The notes under the pieces are model-generated. The model had not been told where the DNA came from and ran no database searches. It saw nothing but the letters and a program-made list of their open reading frames with translations. The position numbers and the translations under genes were made by a program. This document shows, one piece after another, positions 1 to 8,802 of a stretch of 64,000 bases of DNA (position 1 is its first letter; each line of letters opens with the position of its first letter). Source of the DNA: Pseudomonadota bacterium (GTDB lineage: Archaea > Thermoplasmatota > SW-10-69-26 > JACQPN01 > JAJPHT01); assembly GCA_021325135.1 (NCBI GenBank), contig JAJPHT010000030.1:96001-160000 (forward strand). The letters are read 5' to 3'.

Positions 1-768
1 GCGCTTGGCGAGCGTGGCGCGTCGTCCTTCGTCGTGGTCGCCTTCTTTGGCGCCCTGCCTCTTTCCGTCGCCCTCTCCGCGACCTACCAGACGCCTCCCG
101 ACGCCCCTGCGAGCTACCGTTGGTCCGTGGGCCACCGCTTCTGGTTCGTGCTGATGGCGGTCATCGCGTTCTTCTTCGCGGTCGCCGCCTGGGCAGACCC
201 CTGTGTGTACCTCTGCGGGGCGAGCCCTGGCGGCCTGTTCATCTTCGCGTTCGGCCACACGGTCCTCTCGGTCTACGTCGTCTGGCTTCTCGTGCAAGAA
301 GCGCGGGCGCCGCGGACCATGCAGAACGCCATCTTCGCGCTGGTTGCCGCTGCCACGCTCTTGATCCGCCTCTCGTCCACGGTCGCCTCCACGCTCACCG
401 TCGTGGCGCACCACGGATGGCCTTCAGATTTCCAGCGAGAGATCGGCGACGCCACGATGATCTGCCTCGCCCTGGTCTCTGCCCTGCTGTTCTGGACCAT
501 CCACAAGACGCTCCTCCTTGCCGGGCGCATCCGCACCTCGATGGGCATCCTGGCCGCGACCCTGCTCGCATCCTTCATCGGGAGCGTTGACGCGGGGATC
601 GGGCTTGGCATCCCGGACTCCATCGCCACGTCCGCCTTCTTCGCGTTCTTGGCCGGCATCCCCATCGCCTTCGGCCTCGCCATCCGCAAGGCGCTCTCAA
701 GCCCAGCAGGGACCCACGGATCATCTGCCGCGCACCCGACCAGTCCCGCCACGACCACCACCGAGTGA
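1..768 (+). CDS. Multi-pass membrane protein, probably 5'-truncated by the window edge
   Basis: About 7 hydrophobic segments. The frame is open back to position 1. It shares a CxxxC-x(3-4)-GG loop with the gene at 3058-3951. Confidence 0.75.
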   Translation, partial: ALGERGASSFVVVAFFGALPLSVALSATYQTPPDAPASYRWSVGHRFWFVLMAVIAFFFAVAAWADPCVYLCGASPGGLFIFAFGHTVLSVYVVWLLVQEARAPRTMQNAIFALVAAATLLIRLSSTVASTLTVVAHHGWPSDFQREIGDATMICLALVSALLFWTIHKTLLLAGRIRTSMGILAATLLASFIGSVDAGIGLGIPDSIATSAFFAFLAGIPIAFGLAIRKALSSPAGTHGSSAAHPTSPATTTTE

Positions 769-774
769 AACGCC

Positions 775-3051
775 ATGAATCGCCCGTTCTCCTTCGCCGC
801 CCTCCTCTGCCTAATGGCTTCCCCCGTCCTCGCTGGCTGCCTCTCCAACGCGCCCGCGGCCACGCTTGCCCCCTACCCGGAGGCCACGCTCACGCTCGAC
901 CTGCCCATCCACATCGTCACGGTGGGCTTCCAGAACTTCGATGAAGCCTCGCTGCGCAAGAACCTGGCCGAGACGCCCATCTCGTTCGTCGAGGCGCAGC
1001 TCGAAACCACCGCGCACCTCGCGCCCGACGCGCTCCAGTACCACGTCACCTACGAGGTCCACCAGGCGCCGGCGAGCTTCGCGCACGACCTCTTCGCCTA
1101 CGCCGAGAGAATCGCCATGCCGGCCGCGCCGGACCCGTGGCTTGCCCAGCACGACCGCGAGGGGCTGCACCGCATTTGCCGGCCCGGCCATGCGCCGGGC
1201 CTGCCGGGCTCTCCCGTTCCCCTTCCCGTCGCGCCCCCGAGCGATCCCACCACGCCGGACTGCAAGGACGTGGAGCGCATCGACGCCAACAAGATCGAGG
1301 CCTGGATCGCGGAGCACCGCGACGCCGTCGGGCTGAACTTCTCGGCGCCCAGCTACACCATCTTCCTCCTTGACACCTGGGATACGCCGGGACTCCCCAA
1401 GGAGACCTATCACCAGTACGCCGTGCCCGACAACCAGACGCGGCCCGCGATGAGCACGCTGCGCGCCTGGGGCGGGGCGCACGACTTCGTGTTCCTCGAC
1501 GTGGGCGCGGCGCCCAACCAGATCGACTTCAAGCCCTGGGCGAACATGACGAAGGCGTTCACCCAGCGGCGCCTCGTGGACCTCACCGACCCGCCCATCT
1601 ACGAGGTCAAGAGCAACCAGACGTTCTACGCGAACCTGGGCCGCGACGTGAGCGACGCCGCGCACATATTGTGGGCCCGCCCGCCGCTCTACCGCTACGA
1701 GTACGCGGACGAGTACGACCTGCCCGTGACCGTCTTCATCGACTCCCAGGCCCACGGGAACCCTGGAAGCCTCGTGGGCAAGATCGACCCCTTGGACTAC
1801 GCGCGCCACACCGACCAGGCCGCCTACGTGCGCGCCTTCCAATCCCTCGTGCCCTGGGCGCGCGTCAATGCGAGCTTCCGTTTCGTCGTCCTGCCCAACG
1901 ATGATCCCGGCATGGCCGCGGCGTTGCAGGACGCCAAGAGCCGCTACGAGGGGCAGGACGTAAGCGTTGGCGTCCTGAAGCACTACCTCAACACGCACTG
2001 GAACGACTACGTGCCCAAGGGCCCGCCCGGCTCGCGCACGTACCCGACCTTCGCGTTCGTCCTCGATGCGCCCAGCGCCGTGACCTACGGCGAAGCCATG
2101 GGCGACGAGGTGGGCAACAGTTGGGGCGTGTACTTCAACATTCAAGACGTGATCGCCTGCAACCGCATCCCGCCCGAGTGCAACCCCAGCGAAGCGCCGC
2201 GCTTCGGCACCGAAGCCGCGTGGTGGGAGTGGTACAACGCGGTCCTCGCCCACGAGGGCGGCCACAGCTTCGGCCTCACCCACGCCCACGACACCGGCAG
2301 CCCCGACGACGTGGGCCTCGACTCCTACAACCTCAACTGGCTCTGGGACAGCACGGCCAGCGTCATGTCCTACCGCTATAACGGCGAGCAGTTCGACCAG
2401 TTCGACAAGGACGCCGTGCTGCGCGGCAACGCCGCCGAGATCGCCCGAGAAGTGCTTGCGAAGCCCGCGACCAAGACGGCCACGGTGCCCGCGCACAGCG
2501 CGGCGCTGCTCGCCCGAGGAAAAGCCGACCCCGCGCACACCCACGCGCATGAGGCGCTTGACCTGATCCAGCGCGGCGACTACCAGGGCGCGCTCGACCT
2601 CGCCCGCCAGGCGCGGCGCGAGGCCAGCGTGACGCAGCCCCCCGTCCTCGACGCGACGCCAGGCAACACGACCACGCTGGCCTTCACGTTCCCGGCCACG
2701 CCCGGCCTCCCGCCGCTGCCCAGCATCGTGCCCTCCGCACCCCTGCCGGACGCGCCCGATCTTGGCATGAGCGCCGCCGACTTCCCCATCAAGGTCCCCG
2801 AGGGGGCGAAGGCCATCCGGATCGAGTACGACGAGGACGCCGCGCCCTCGCACGCAGGCTGGGCCGCATCGCTCTACGTGACCAACGCGGAGCACGACAC
2901 CCTGACCCGCGTCTATGACGACGCCCACGGCGCCGTCGTCCTGGTGGGGCTCGACCACTGTGCATCAGGATGCACTGGGCACCTCGTCGCCTACTCCGGG
3001 GCCGCCACGAGCTACACCGTGAAACTGACCCCATACTTCGGCAGGGAGTGA
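775..3051 (+). CDS. Lipoprotein zinc metalloprotease, metzincin-like
   Basis: Signal peptide with lipobox LAGC; HEGGHSFGLTH matches HExxHxxGxxH; Met-turn SVMSY follows; beta-rich C-terminal domain; strong GC3 bias. Confidence 0.88.
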   Translation: MNRPFSFAALLCLMASPVLAGCLSNAPAATLAPYPEATLTLDLPIHIVTVGFQNFDEASLRKNLAETPISFVEAQLETTAHLAPDALQYHVTYEVHQAPASFAHDLFAYAERIAMPAAPDPWLAQHDREGLHRICRPGHAPGLPGSPVPLPVAPPSDPTTPDCKDVERIDANKIEAWIAEHRDAVGLNFSAPSYTIFLLDTWDTPGLPKETYHQYAVPDNQTRPAMSTLRAWGGAHDFVFLDVGAAPNQIDFKPWANMTKAFTQRRLVDLTDPPIYEVKSNQTFYANLGRDVSDAAHILWARPPLYRYEYADEYDLPVTVFIDSQAHGNPGSLVGKIDPLDYARHTDQAAYVRAFQSLVPWARVNASFRFVVLPNDDPGMAAALQDAKSRYEGQDVSVGVLKHYLNTHWNDYVPKGPPGSRTYPTFAFVLDAPSAVTYGEAMGDEVGNSWGVYFNIQDVIACNRIPPECNPSEAPRFGTEAAWWEWYNAVLAHEGGHSFGLTHAHDTGSPDDVGLDSYNLNWLWDSTASVMSYRYNGEQFDQFDKDAVLRGNAAEIAREVLAKPATKTATVPAHSAALLARGKADPAHTHAHEALDLIQRGDYQGALDLARQARREASVTQPPVLDATPGNTTTLAFTFPATPGLPPLPSIVPSAPLPDAPDLGMSAADFPIKVPEGAKAIRIEYDEDAAPSHAGWAASLYVTNAEHDTLTRVYDDAHGAVVLVGLDHCASGCTGHLVAYSGAATSYTVKLTPYFGRE

Positions 3052-3057
3052 ACGGTC

Positions 3058-3951
3058 GTGATCTTCAACCTCTTTGACGCGCTCCTCGTCGCCGGACCTT
3101 TCGCAGCAGCCGCCTACCTTGCGTTGAAAAAGGAGCGCGCGGCCGTCATCTTGGCGCTCCTGTTCGTCCTCGATGGGACAACCGCCTTGGCGTGGCTCTT
3201 TTCGGACAGCTTCGGCATGCCGGTGAGCTGGACCGATCCGCTCCGCTTCGCCTACCTGCTGACCCCCCTCCCCGTGGGGCTGGCGTTCTTGTTGGTTCCC
3301 TCGAAGAATACCAGCAAGTTCCGGCGTGTCATGGACGGGGCACTTTTCCTCATCGCCATCGCCACCTCTGTTGCCGCCATTGTCCTGACGTTGCGGGCCG
3401 GCTGTCCCTGGACCTGCAACGCTGGGGGCGGACCTGCGTACGGCGGGGCATTCCTGGCGCAGATCGCCATGGCGCCCGCGTACCTCTTCGTGGGGGCGCG
3501 ATTCGGATGGAGCGGAAAGACGCGGCTCACCATCGCCAGCGTGCCCCTACTTCTGCGCGCCGCCCTCCGCGGGGGCATTCCCTTCGGAACCCTCCTGACG
3601 ACCGGGCACTGGAGCACGCTGCCCGTGATGGAGATGCCGTACTTGGGCCTCTTCATTGTCGGCCTCGTGGTCCTTCCCGTCGTCGGGTTCCGCTTCTGGT
3701 TCCTCTGGCTCCTGGCGATTCTGCTGGGCGCGGCCGAAGCGGGATTCGCCTCCGACTGGATCGGCATGCTCGGACGCCTGGCGTTCATGGCCTGGGCGGT
3801 TGCCACCCCCATCATCGTCGCGTTCCTCTGGAGGATGACGATCACGCCCGAGCGCCAAGAAGGAGGCCACTTCAGTTTCTACGCAAGTTGGAGGATCGAA
3901 TCCGCCGATCCTCCATCGGACGAATCTCCACAACATGCGGGAGCCGAATGA
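3058..3951 (+). CDS. Multi-pass membrane protein, likely paralogue of 1-768
   Basis: 8-9 hydrophobic segments; loop GCPWTCNAGGG; starts 6 nt after the protease stop. Confidence 0.75.
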   Translation: MIFNLFDALLVAGPFAAAAYLALKKERAAVILALLFVLDGTTALAWLFSDSFGMPVSWTDPLRFAYLLTPLPVGLAFLLVPSKNTSKFRRVMDGALFLIAIATSVAAIVLTLRAGCPWTCNAGGGPAYGGAFLAQIAMAPAYLFVGARFGWSGKTRLTIASVPLLLRAALRGGIPFGTLLTTGHWSTLPVMEMPYLGLFIVGLVVLPVVGFRFWFLWLLAILLGAAEAGFASDWIGMLGRLAFMAWAVATPIIVAFLWRMTITPERQEGGHFSFYASWRIESADPPSDESPQHAGAE

Positions 3952-4084
3952 GGACCGGAATAGGCGGAGCGCGAGACGATGAGCGACAAGTACGACACCG
4001 CGGAGAGAACTCGATGACGCCAGCGTTGCGCATGGATAGCGACGCCTTCGATGGCCGCGCCGTGAGCTCCGGGAGGGTGGCCCG

Positions 4085-5686
4085 ATGATCGAATCCTCAA
4101 GCACCACTGAGGGGTCCACTCAGACGGCGGCCGAACCGGGCTTCCTCGAAACGACGAGCCGCCCCCTCATGATCTCGGGAAGCTCTCTGATCGTCTCGTA
4201 CTTGGGTGCTCAAGCGCTTGTGCGCGCCCTGGATACAATCCGGGGCCACGCCGGTGCAGACCCCCTTCCGAGCGACGCCACAATCTGGGGGGTCGGCCTG
4301 GCGATCTGTGCCTTGGGCCTGCTGGCAGGCATGTGGGCCCGAACTCGGAGAGGGCTCCCCGAAATTGCTCCCCTGCGTGCGTACGAGACGAAGGACGGCC
4401 TCCTAATCGTCTTCTGGGACCTCATCCAGGCGGCCATCTTCAACTTCTTCTTCGCCTTCGCCGTGGGAGCCCTCGCCCTCATCGCCTGGAACATTCAACC
4501 TAGCCTGAGTCGCGCGTTCCTACAGCCTGTCCTCTGGCTAGGCTTGGGAATCATAATCCTCCCGCTGGGGGCTCTCGGGCTTCTCGGGGCACGGGCCCTC
4601 GCACACCGCGTTCTACCTCGCCCGCCGCCCGCCGCACCCAGCTTGGACTCACCCTCGAAGATGCTCCAGTTCCCCTTCGAGGCTCCCAAGGGGGAAACGA
4701 AGGGGGAGAGACATAGGCGCGAGCGGCGCCTGCTCGACCTCCTGGCCGCCCCGCACTTGGCCGAAGCGCCGAAGGAGATGAGCCAACGTGCCTTTCTCTG
4801 GGCGACGGCGCTTGCAGGAGCATGCGCCGCCGCGCTGATGTTCATGCCCGTCCTGCTCCCAGGCTGGGGGCTCTACACGGGCCTCGACGACATCGCGTTC
4901 AGCTTCGGGGGCGCCGGTCTCGCGCTGGGATGCTTCGTTGGCCCGTTCTTCCGCGTGCTGCTCCGCCAGCCCTCCCGTGCCTCCCTGGAAATCGCCTGGG
5001 GAACGGGCTTCCTGGCGGCAGGCCTGGCGAGCCTCATCAACCATGACACGCCGGCCTGTTGGATTCTCCTCGCCGCGGCCCTCGGCTTCTTCCTGAGGAC
5101 GCGGCGCGCTTTCTCCCACCAAGAACGTGTGGCCCGCGCGCGCATGGAGGGCGAGATGCTCGAGGCCAGCCGCCGACCTTGGCGCACCGAGCCCGACTCG
5201 CGGCGGTGGGTCTTTCTCCAAGCCGTGTGGATCCTCTGTGGCCTCGTGTTCTGCCTCATGGCCGCACTCTTGGCCACGCAGCCCCTGACCCCGCTGGGCC
5301 GGGTCAGCCTCGCCGCATTCGAGGGGGCCGGGGCGGGTTTCGCCTTGGGATGGGTATTCTTCTTGCTCAAGGGAATCCACCGCAATCGCGGCCCCGGGGC
5401 CAGCGCGGGCAACGTCTTCGCCGCCCTCGCCCTCTTGGGCGGTCTGGTCAGCTACCTTGTACTGATGACCCTTCCCGCCGTCCCCGCCTTCCGCACCTCG
5501 GCGCCTTTCGAAGACGTGCCAGTAGTCTTCGCCGCATTGGGAGGCCTCCTGAGCGTTCTGAGTCTGCGCGCTGCCCTGCGGGCGTGGGAGGGGAAGGTGA
5601 CGAGGCTCGGCCTTTGGCTGGCCCACGAGCACGCCGCTCCCACTTCATCAGGCCCTCTGAGCGCGCCCCCATCCTCGGAGAGCTGA
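4085..5686 (+). CDS. Polytopic membrane protein, function unknown
   Basis: 533 aa with more than 10 hydrophobic segments in blocks separated by basic linkers; GGAGGGTGG just upstream of the ATG. Confidence 0.75.
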   Translation: MIESSSTTEGSTQTAAEPGFLETTSRPLMISGSSLIVSYLGAQALVRALDTIRGHAGADPLPSDATIWGVGLAICALGLLAGMWARTRRGLPEIAPLRAYETKDGLLIVFWDLIQAAIFNFFFAFAVGALALIAWNIQPSLSRAFLQPVLWLGLGIIILPLGALGLLGARALAHRVLPRPPPAAPSLDSPSKMLQFPFEAPKGETKGERHRRERRLLDLLAAPHLAEAPKEMSQRAFLWATALAGACAAALMFMPVLLPGWGLYTGLDDIAFSFGGAGLALGCFVGPFFRVLLRQPSRASLEIAWGTGFLAAGLASLINHDTPACWILLAAALGFFLRTRRAFSHQERVARARMEGEMLEASRRPWRTEPDSRRWVFLQAVWILCGLVFCLMAALLATQPLTPLGRVSLAAFEGAGAGFALGWVFFLLKGIHRNRGPGASAGNVFAALALLGGLVSYLVLMTLPAVPAFRTSAPFEDVPVVFAALGGLLSVLSLRAALRAWEGKVTRLGLWLAHEHAAPTSSGPLSAPPSSES

Positions 5687-5759
5687 CACCATGGCCATCT
5701 CGCCGACGGGACGCTTGCCTGGACCTGGTTCTTCATGCTCCCGCAGGGAGGAACCTGAC

Positions 5760-6866
5760 GTGGCACATCGGCGCCGCTGGAGGTGGCCATCTCCCCGCCT
5801 CTTGCACCACGGCTACTGGCCCCACTACCTCATCCTGGCAGTAGCTCTCGTCCTGCTCATCGTCGCCATCGCGGTCTCGCAGGTTGCTGTCCTGGTGGCG
5901 GCGCTCTTCGCGGGCGCACTCGGTGTCGCGTTGTGCGCGCCCGGCTTGAGGAGACGCCACCAGTTCCGGCGCGCAGCAGCGAAGGCGTTCGAGAACTCCA
6001 TGCCCGCGGGCGTGGCCTTGCCGAAGCTCTTCGAGCTCCAAGAAGAACTCGGCCTAAGCGCCACCGAGGCCATGGGCATCATGAACGACGAAGCCGCCCG
6101 CCGCGCCCCCCCACCCCAGCCTCGCGACAAGCGGCGTTTCGTCCCACCTCGCCCCCCGCCAGACAGCCCGGAGTGGCGCTGCGCAAACGAACTGGCCCAG
6201 TGGGACCCAACGACGAAACTCCTCGTGATCCACGCCAAGCCCCTCACTCAGTTCAACAAAGAGGAGGCGGTGAAGATCATCGACGCCGCCCGCGCGCTCT
6301 TGGGCAAGGCGCGTGGCTACACGCTGCTCTTCGATGGTGCCGCGCACCCTGACTTGTACGATGCGACGACAGAGACGATGGAGTTCTGGTTTCCCCTCTT
6401 CCGGACCATCCGGCGGCCCAAGCACTTCGTCGCCATCAACGTCCCGCGCAATGCCTCCTTCATCGTCGAGGCGTTCGGGCGTGCCGCCCAGCGCCATGCA
6501 TACCTCTTCCGCAACCGACGGATGGCCCTGACTTGGCCAGAGCAACCATTGGAGGTCCGCATCCAGGGGGCGCGGCTCTGTTGGAGTGACATGGAAATCC
6601 GACGCTTCCGCATCCGAACCATCACCCCGGGCACGCTGATCCTCCTACCTGGGCTGGTCGGTCTCGTCCTACGTGGGTGGCTGTGGACCTCCAACAAGCC
6701 CCTGGCCATCGCCCGGGCGCTGGGGTACCTCTTCGTGCTCGTCGGTGGAGTCCTCATCGCCGTGGGCTTCTTCACGTTCCCCTGGGAGGACGAAGAGGAG
6801 CGGGCGGCGCGCCTGGCGCTGGCATCCAACGGAACAGACGACCTGAGCCAAGGGGATCAGGCATGA
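5760..6866 (+). CDS. Membrane protein with central STAS/SpoIIAA-like alpha/beta domain
   Basis: 2 TM segments at each end. The central pattern (WDPTTKLLVIH, LLFDG, HFVAIN, YLFRNRRMALTW) resembles SpoIIAA-like domains. GTG 5760 has GGAGG upstream; ATG 5691 is an alternative start. Confidence 0.6.
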   Translation: MAHRRRWRWPSPRLLHHGYWPHYLILAVALVLLIVAIAVSQVAVLVAALFAGALGVALCAPGLRRRHQFRRAAAKAFENSMPAGVALPKLFELQEELGLSATEAMGIMNDEAARRAPPPQPRDKRRFVPPRPPPDSPEWRCANELAQWDPTTKLLVIHAKPLTQFNKEEAVKIIDAARALLGKARGYTLLFDGAAHPDLYDATTETMEFWFPLFRTIRRPKHFVAINVPRNASFIVEAFGRAAQRHAYLFRNRRMALTWPEQPLEVRIQGARLCWSDMEIRRFRIRTITPGTLILLPGLVGLVLRGWLWTSNKPLAIARALGYLFVLVGGVLIAVGFFTFPWEDEEERAARLALASNGTDDLSQGDQA

Positions 6867-7393
6867 TCCCCAGCTTCCCCCCTCGACTCCAAATGCTCCT
6901 GGACAAGCTCTTCCCTGTCGTTCAGAAGCCCTTGTCCGTGGAGGACCTCTGCACGCTCTATGAGTTCCATGTCGAGCGCGAAGATTACGCGGCTGCCTTG
7001 CGCTGGATCCAGAGTGCCAGGAAACTTGCGCCCACGAGCGTGGACCTGATGGAACGCGAGGCGGACGTGCTTGCCTTCATGGGCAAGACCGACGAGGCCA
7101 CGGTCCTCTGGCAACTGGCGCATGCGGCTGGAAGCGACAGCGCGGCCTACCACGCCGCGCTTCACGCTGAACGGGCCCACGACGTTGGCAGGCTCAAGGA
7201 ATTCCTGCTGTTGGCCATCGAGCGCGATCCGGATCCTGACGAAGTGCTCCTTTTCATCGGTGCATTGGATCCTTCCCTTCACGTTGTTGCGCGGGACCCC
7301 GAGATCAAGCGGGCGATACGCAGGGCTCGGAAGTGGCCGCCTATGCCCGTGCAGGGGAGGCGCATCGAGCCGCCTGCTCAAGATTCCCTGTAG
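6863..7393 (+). CDS. TPR-like helical repeat protein
   Basis: ATGA overlap with the upstream stop; TPR-like pattern (AAALRWIQSARKLAP, EADVLAFMG, FLLLAIERDP); aligns by eye with 8002-8574. Confidence 0.75.
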   Translation: MIPSFPPRLQMLLDKLFPVVQKPLSVEDLCTLYEFHVEREDYAAALRWIQSARKLAPTSVDLMEREADVLAFMGKTDEATVLWQLAHAAGSDSAAYHAALHAERAHDVGRLKEFLLLAIERDPDPDEVLLFIGALDPSLHVVARDPEIKRAIRRARKWPPMPVQGRRIEPPAQDSL

Positions 7394-7455
7394 GGGGCGT
7401 AGTGTCTCGTGTGCGTCGCCATGGTTTGTTCCCGATTGCTTGGTGAGGGGTTGCG

Positions 7456-8001
7456 TTGAAGCCGCGGGCTGAGAAACCGATGCGAGCCAAGGAGAGCAAG
7501 AAACTCCCCTGGACTCCGAAGCGAGGGCGCTCGAAGGTTCCTGCGAAGCTCTTGCGAATCATCCAGGAGCGGCCAGGGATACCAGTGACCGAGCTTGAGG
7601 GCCGCCTTGGCATCGGAACGGGCACCATGCGCCATCACCTGCAGACGCTCCAGCGGGCGGGCAAGCTGCACTTCGTCCGACAGGGACGCAGGCTCCTCAT
7701 CTACCCCCCCGGGGCCGGAAGCGACGCTCTCGCCGAAGGACTCCTCAGGGGAGCCACCAGCCGTGCAGTAGCAACCACCATTCGAGAGCATCCGGGTGGA
7801 GACGTCGCTTCCCTCCACCGACTCCTGGGACTGAGCGAGCGAGTCGTCTACTATCATTTGCAACGTCTCATGGAAGCGGGATTGGTCGCATCATCCGGCG
7901 AAAACCGTCTGCGCGATCTATCCGCGACCGGCAAGCTCGAAGCCCTCCTCGCGCGGCTCGAACCGAGTCCCACTGACGAAGTCTCAAGGGAGACGGAGTG
8001 A
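7456..8001 (+). CDS. Double winged helix-turn-helix transcription regulator (COG3398-like)
   Basis: Two tandem wHTH units (IQERPGIPVTEL..TMRHHLQTL..G and IREHPGGDVASL..VYYHLQRL..GLV); GGTGAGG before TTG 7456. Confidence 0.85.
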   Translation: MKPRAEKPMRAKESKKLPWTPKRGRSKVPAKLLRIIQERPGIPVTELEGRLGIGTGTMRHHLQTLQRAGKLHFVRQGRRLLIYPPGAGSDALAEGLLRGATSRAVATTIREHPGGDVASLHRLLGLSERVVYYHLQRLMEAGLVASSGENRLRDLSATGKLEALLARLEPSPTDEVSRETE

Positions 8002-8574
8002 GTGCAAGCCCCAACTGTTGACCGGATAACCGGCTGGCGATATCGGGGCCACGCGCGAACCGTGGCGCTACGTGCCACGTGGAACCGCGCTTTGGCGCTG
8101 GTCAAAATCAGGCGCGCAAGGGCCAAGGACTGGGGGAAGCTCGCGGACGCCGCGGGCAACTGGCACGATTTGGCCAATTGCCTCGCATATATCGAGGAGG
8201 CCCGCCGCTTGGCTCCCCAAGATTCCGAGTATGTGATGACCGAGGCCTGGGCTCGCACGGAGCTCGGAATCGCGACGCAGGACGATGCACAGATGGAGCG
8301 CGCCTGGTCCTTGTGGCGCGAGGCTGACGCGCTGGGCAATCTCGAAGCGGCATACGAGGCCGCCATCTACGCGGCTCAACAGAAGGACGCAAAACACGCA
8401 GCCGAGTTTCTCTGCCTCGCCATTCGGGACAGGCCCGATGTTGTAACCCGCCTCCTCGCCGCTGACGTGGACGAGCCTATCGTTGTCTTCCTCAGACAGG
8501 TTGCCTGGAACCCAGAAGTCCGGGCCGCGCTTCACGAAGCCCGAGAAAAGACAAGCACGCCTGATGGAGCGTGA
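8002..8574 (+). CDS. TPR-like helical repeat protein, paralogue of 6863-7393
   Basis: ARRLAP, LWREA..G..AAY.AA, EFL.LAI, VA..PE...A...AR motifs are shared with 6863-7393. Confidence 0.75.
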   Translation: MQAPTVDRITGWRYRGHARTVALRATWNRALALVKIRRARAKDWGKLADAAGNWHDLANCLAYIEEARRLAPQDSEYVMTEAWARTELGIATQDDAQMERAWSLWREADALGNLEAAYEAAIYAAQQKDAKHAAEFLCLAIRDRPDVVTRLLAADVDEPIVVFLRQVAWNPEVRAALHEAREKTSTPDGA

Positions 8575-8654
8575 TCGAACCCGTGCAACCCCGCCCAAAT
8601 CGAAGATGCTCGAAACGACCCGGATCGCCCTCAACCCACGACATGCGTGAAACC

Positions 8655-8802
8655 ATGACCATCCGCATACTGCTCCTACTGGCCGCAGGCCTCACCTTCG
8701 CTCCCTTGATTTCCTTCTTGCCGTCCGGCTACGCGGTGGACCCGACCGGCAACGACGCCGGCACCGGCCACGACGCCGGCGAGAACGAGGCTGAGGCGGT
8801 AG
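8655..8802 (+). pseudogene. 5' fragment of a secreted protein (signal peptide plus NDAGxGxDAG motif), apparently truncated
   Basis: MTIRILLLLAAGLTFAPLISFLPSGYA-VDPTGNDAGTGHDAGENEAEA is protein-like. After ~8800 the frame is only the antisense shadow of the giant ORF. Confidence 0.55.

Noticed and set aside
4085-4100. Same N-terminus MIESS in the genes at 4085 (+) and 50629 (-), considered as inverted element ends
   Set aside because: Nucleotide identity covers only ~14 bp and does not extend into the flanks; likely coincidence.
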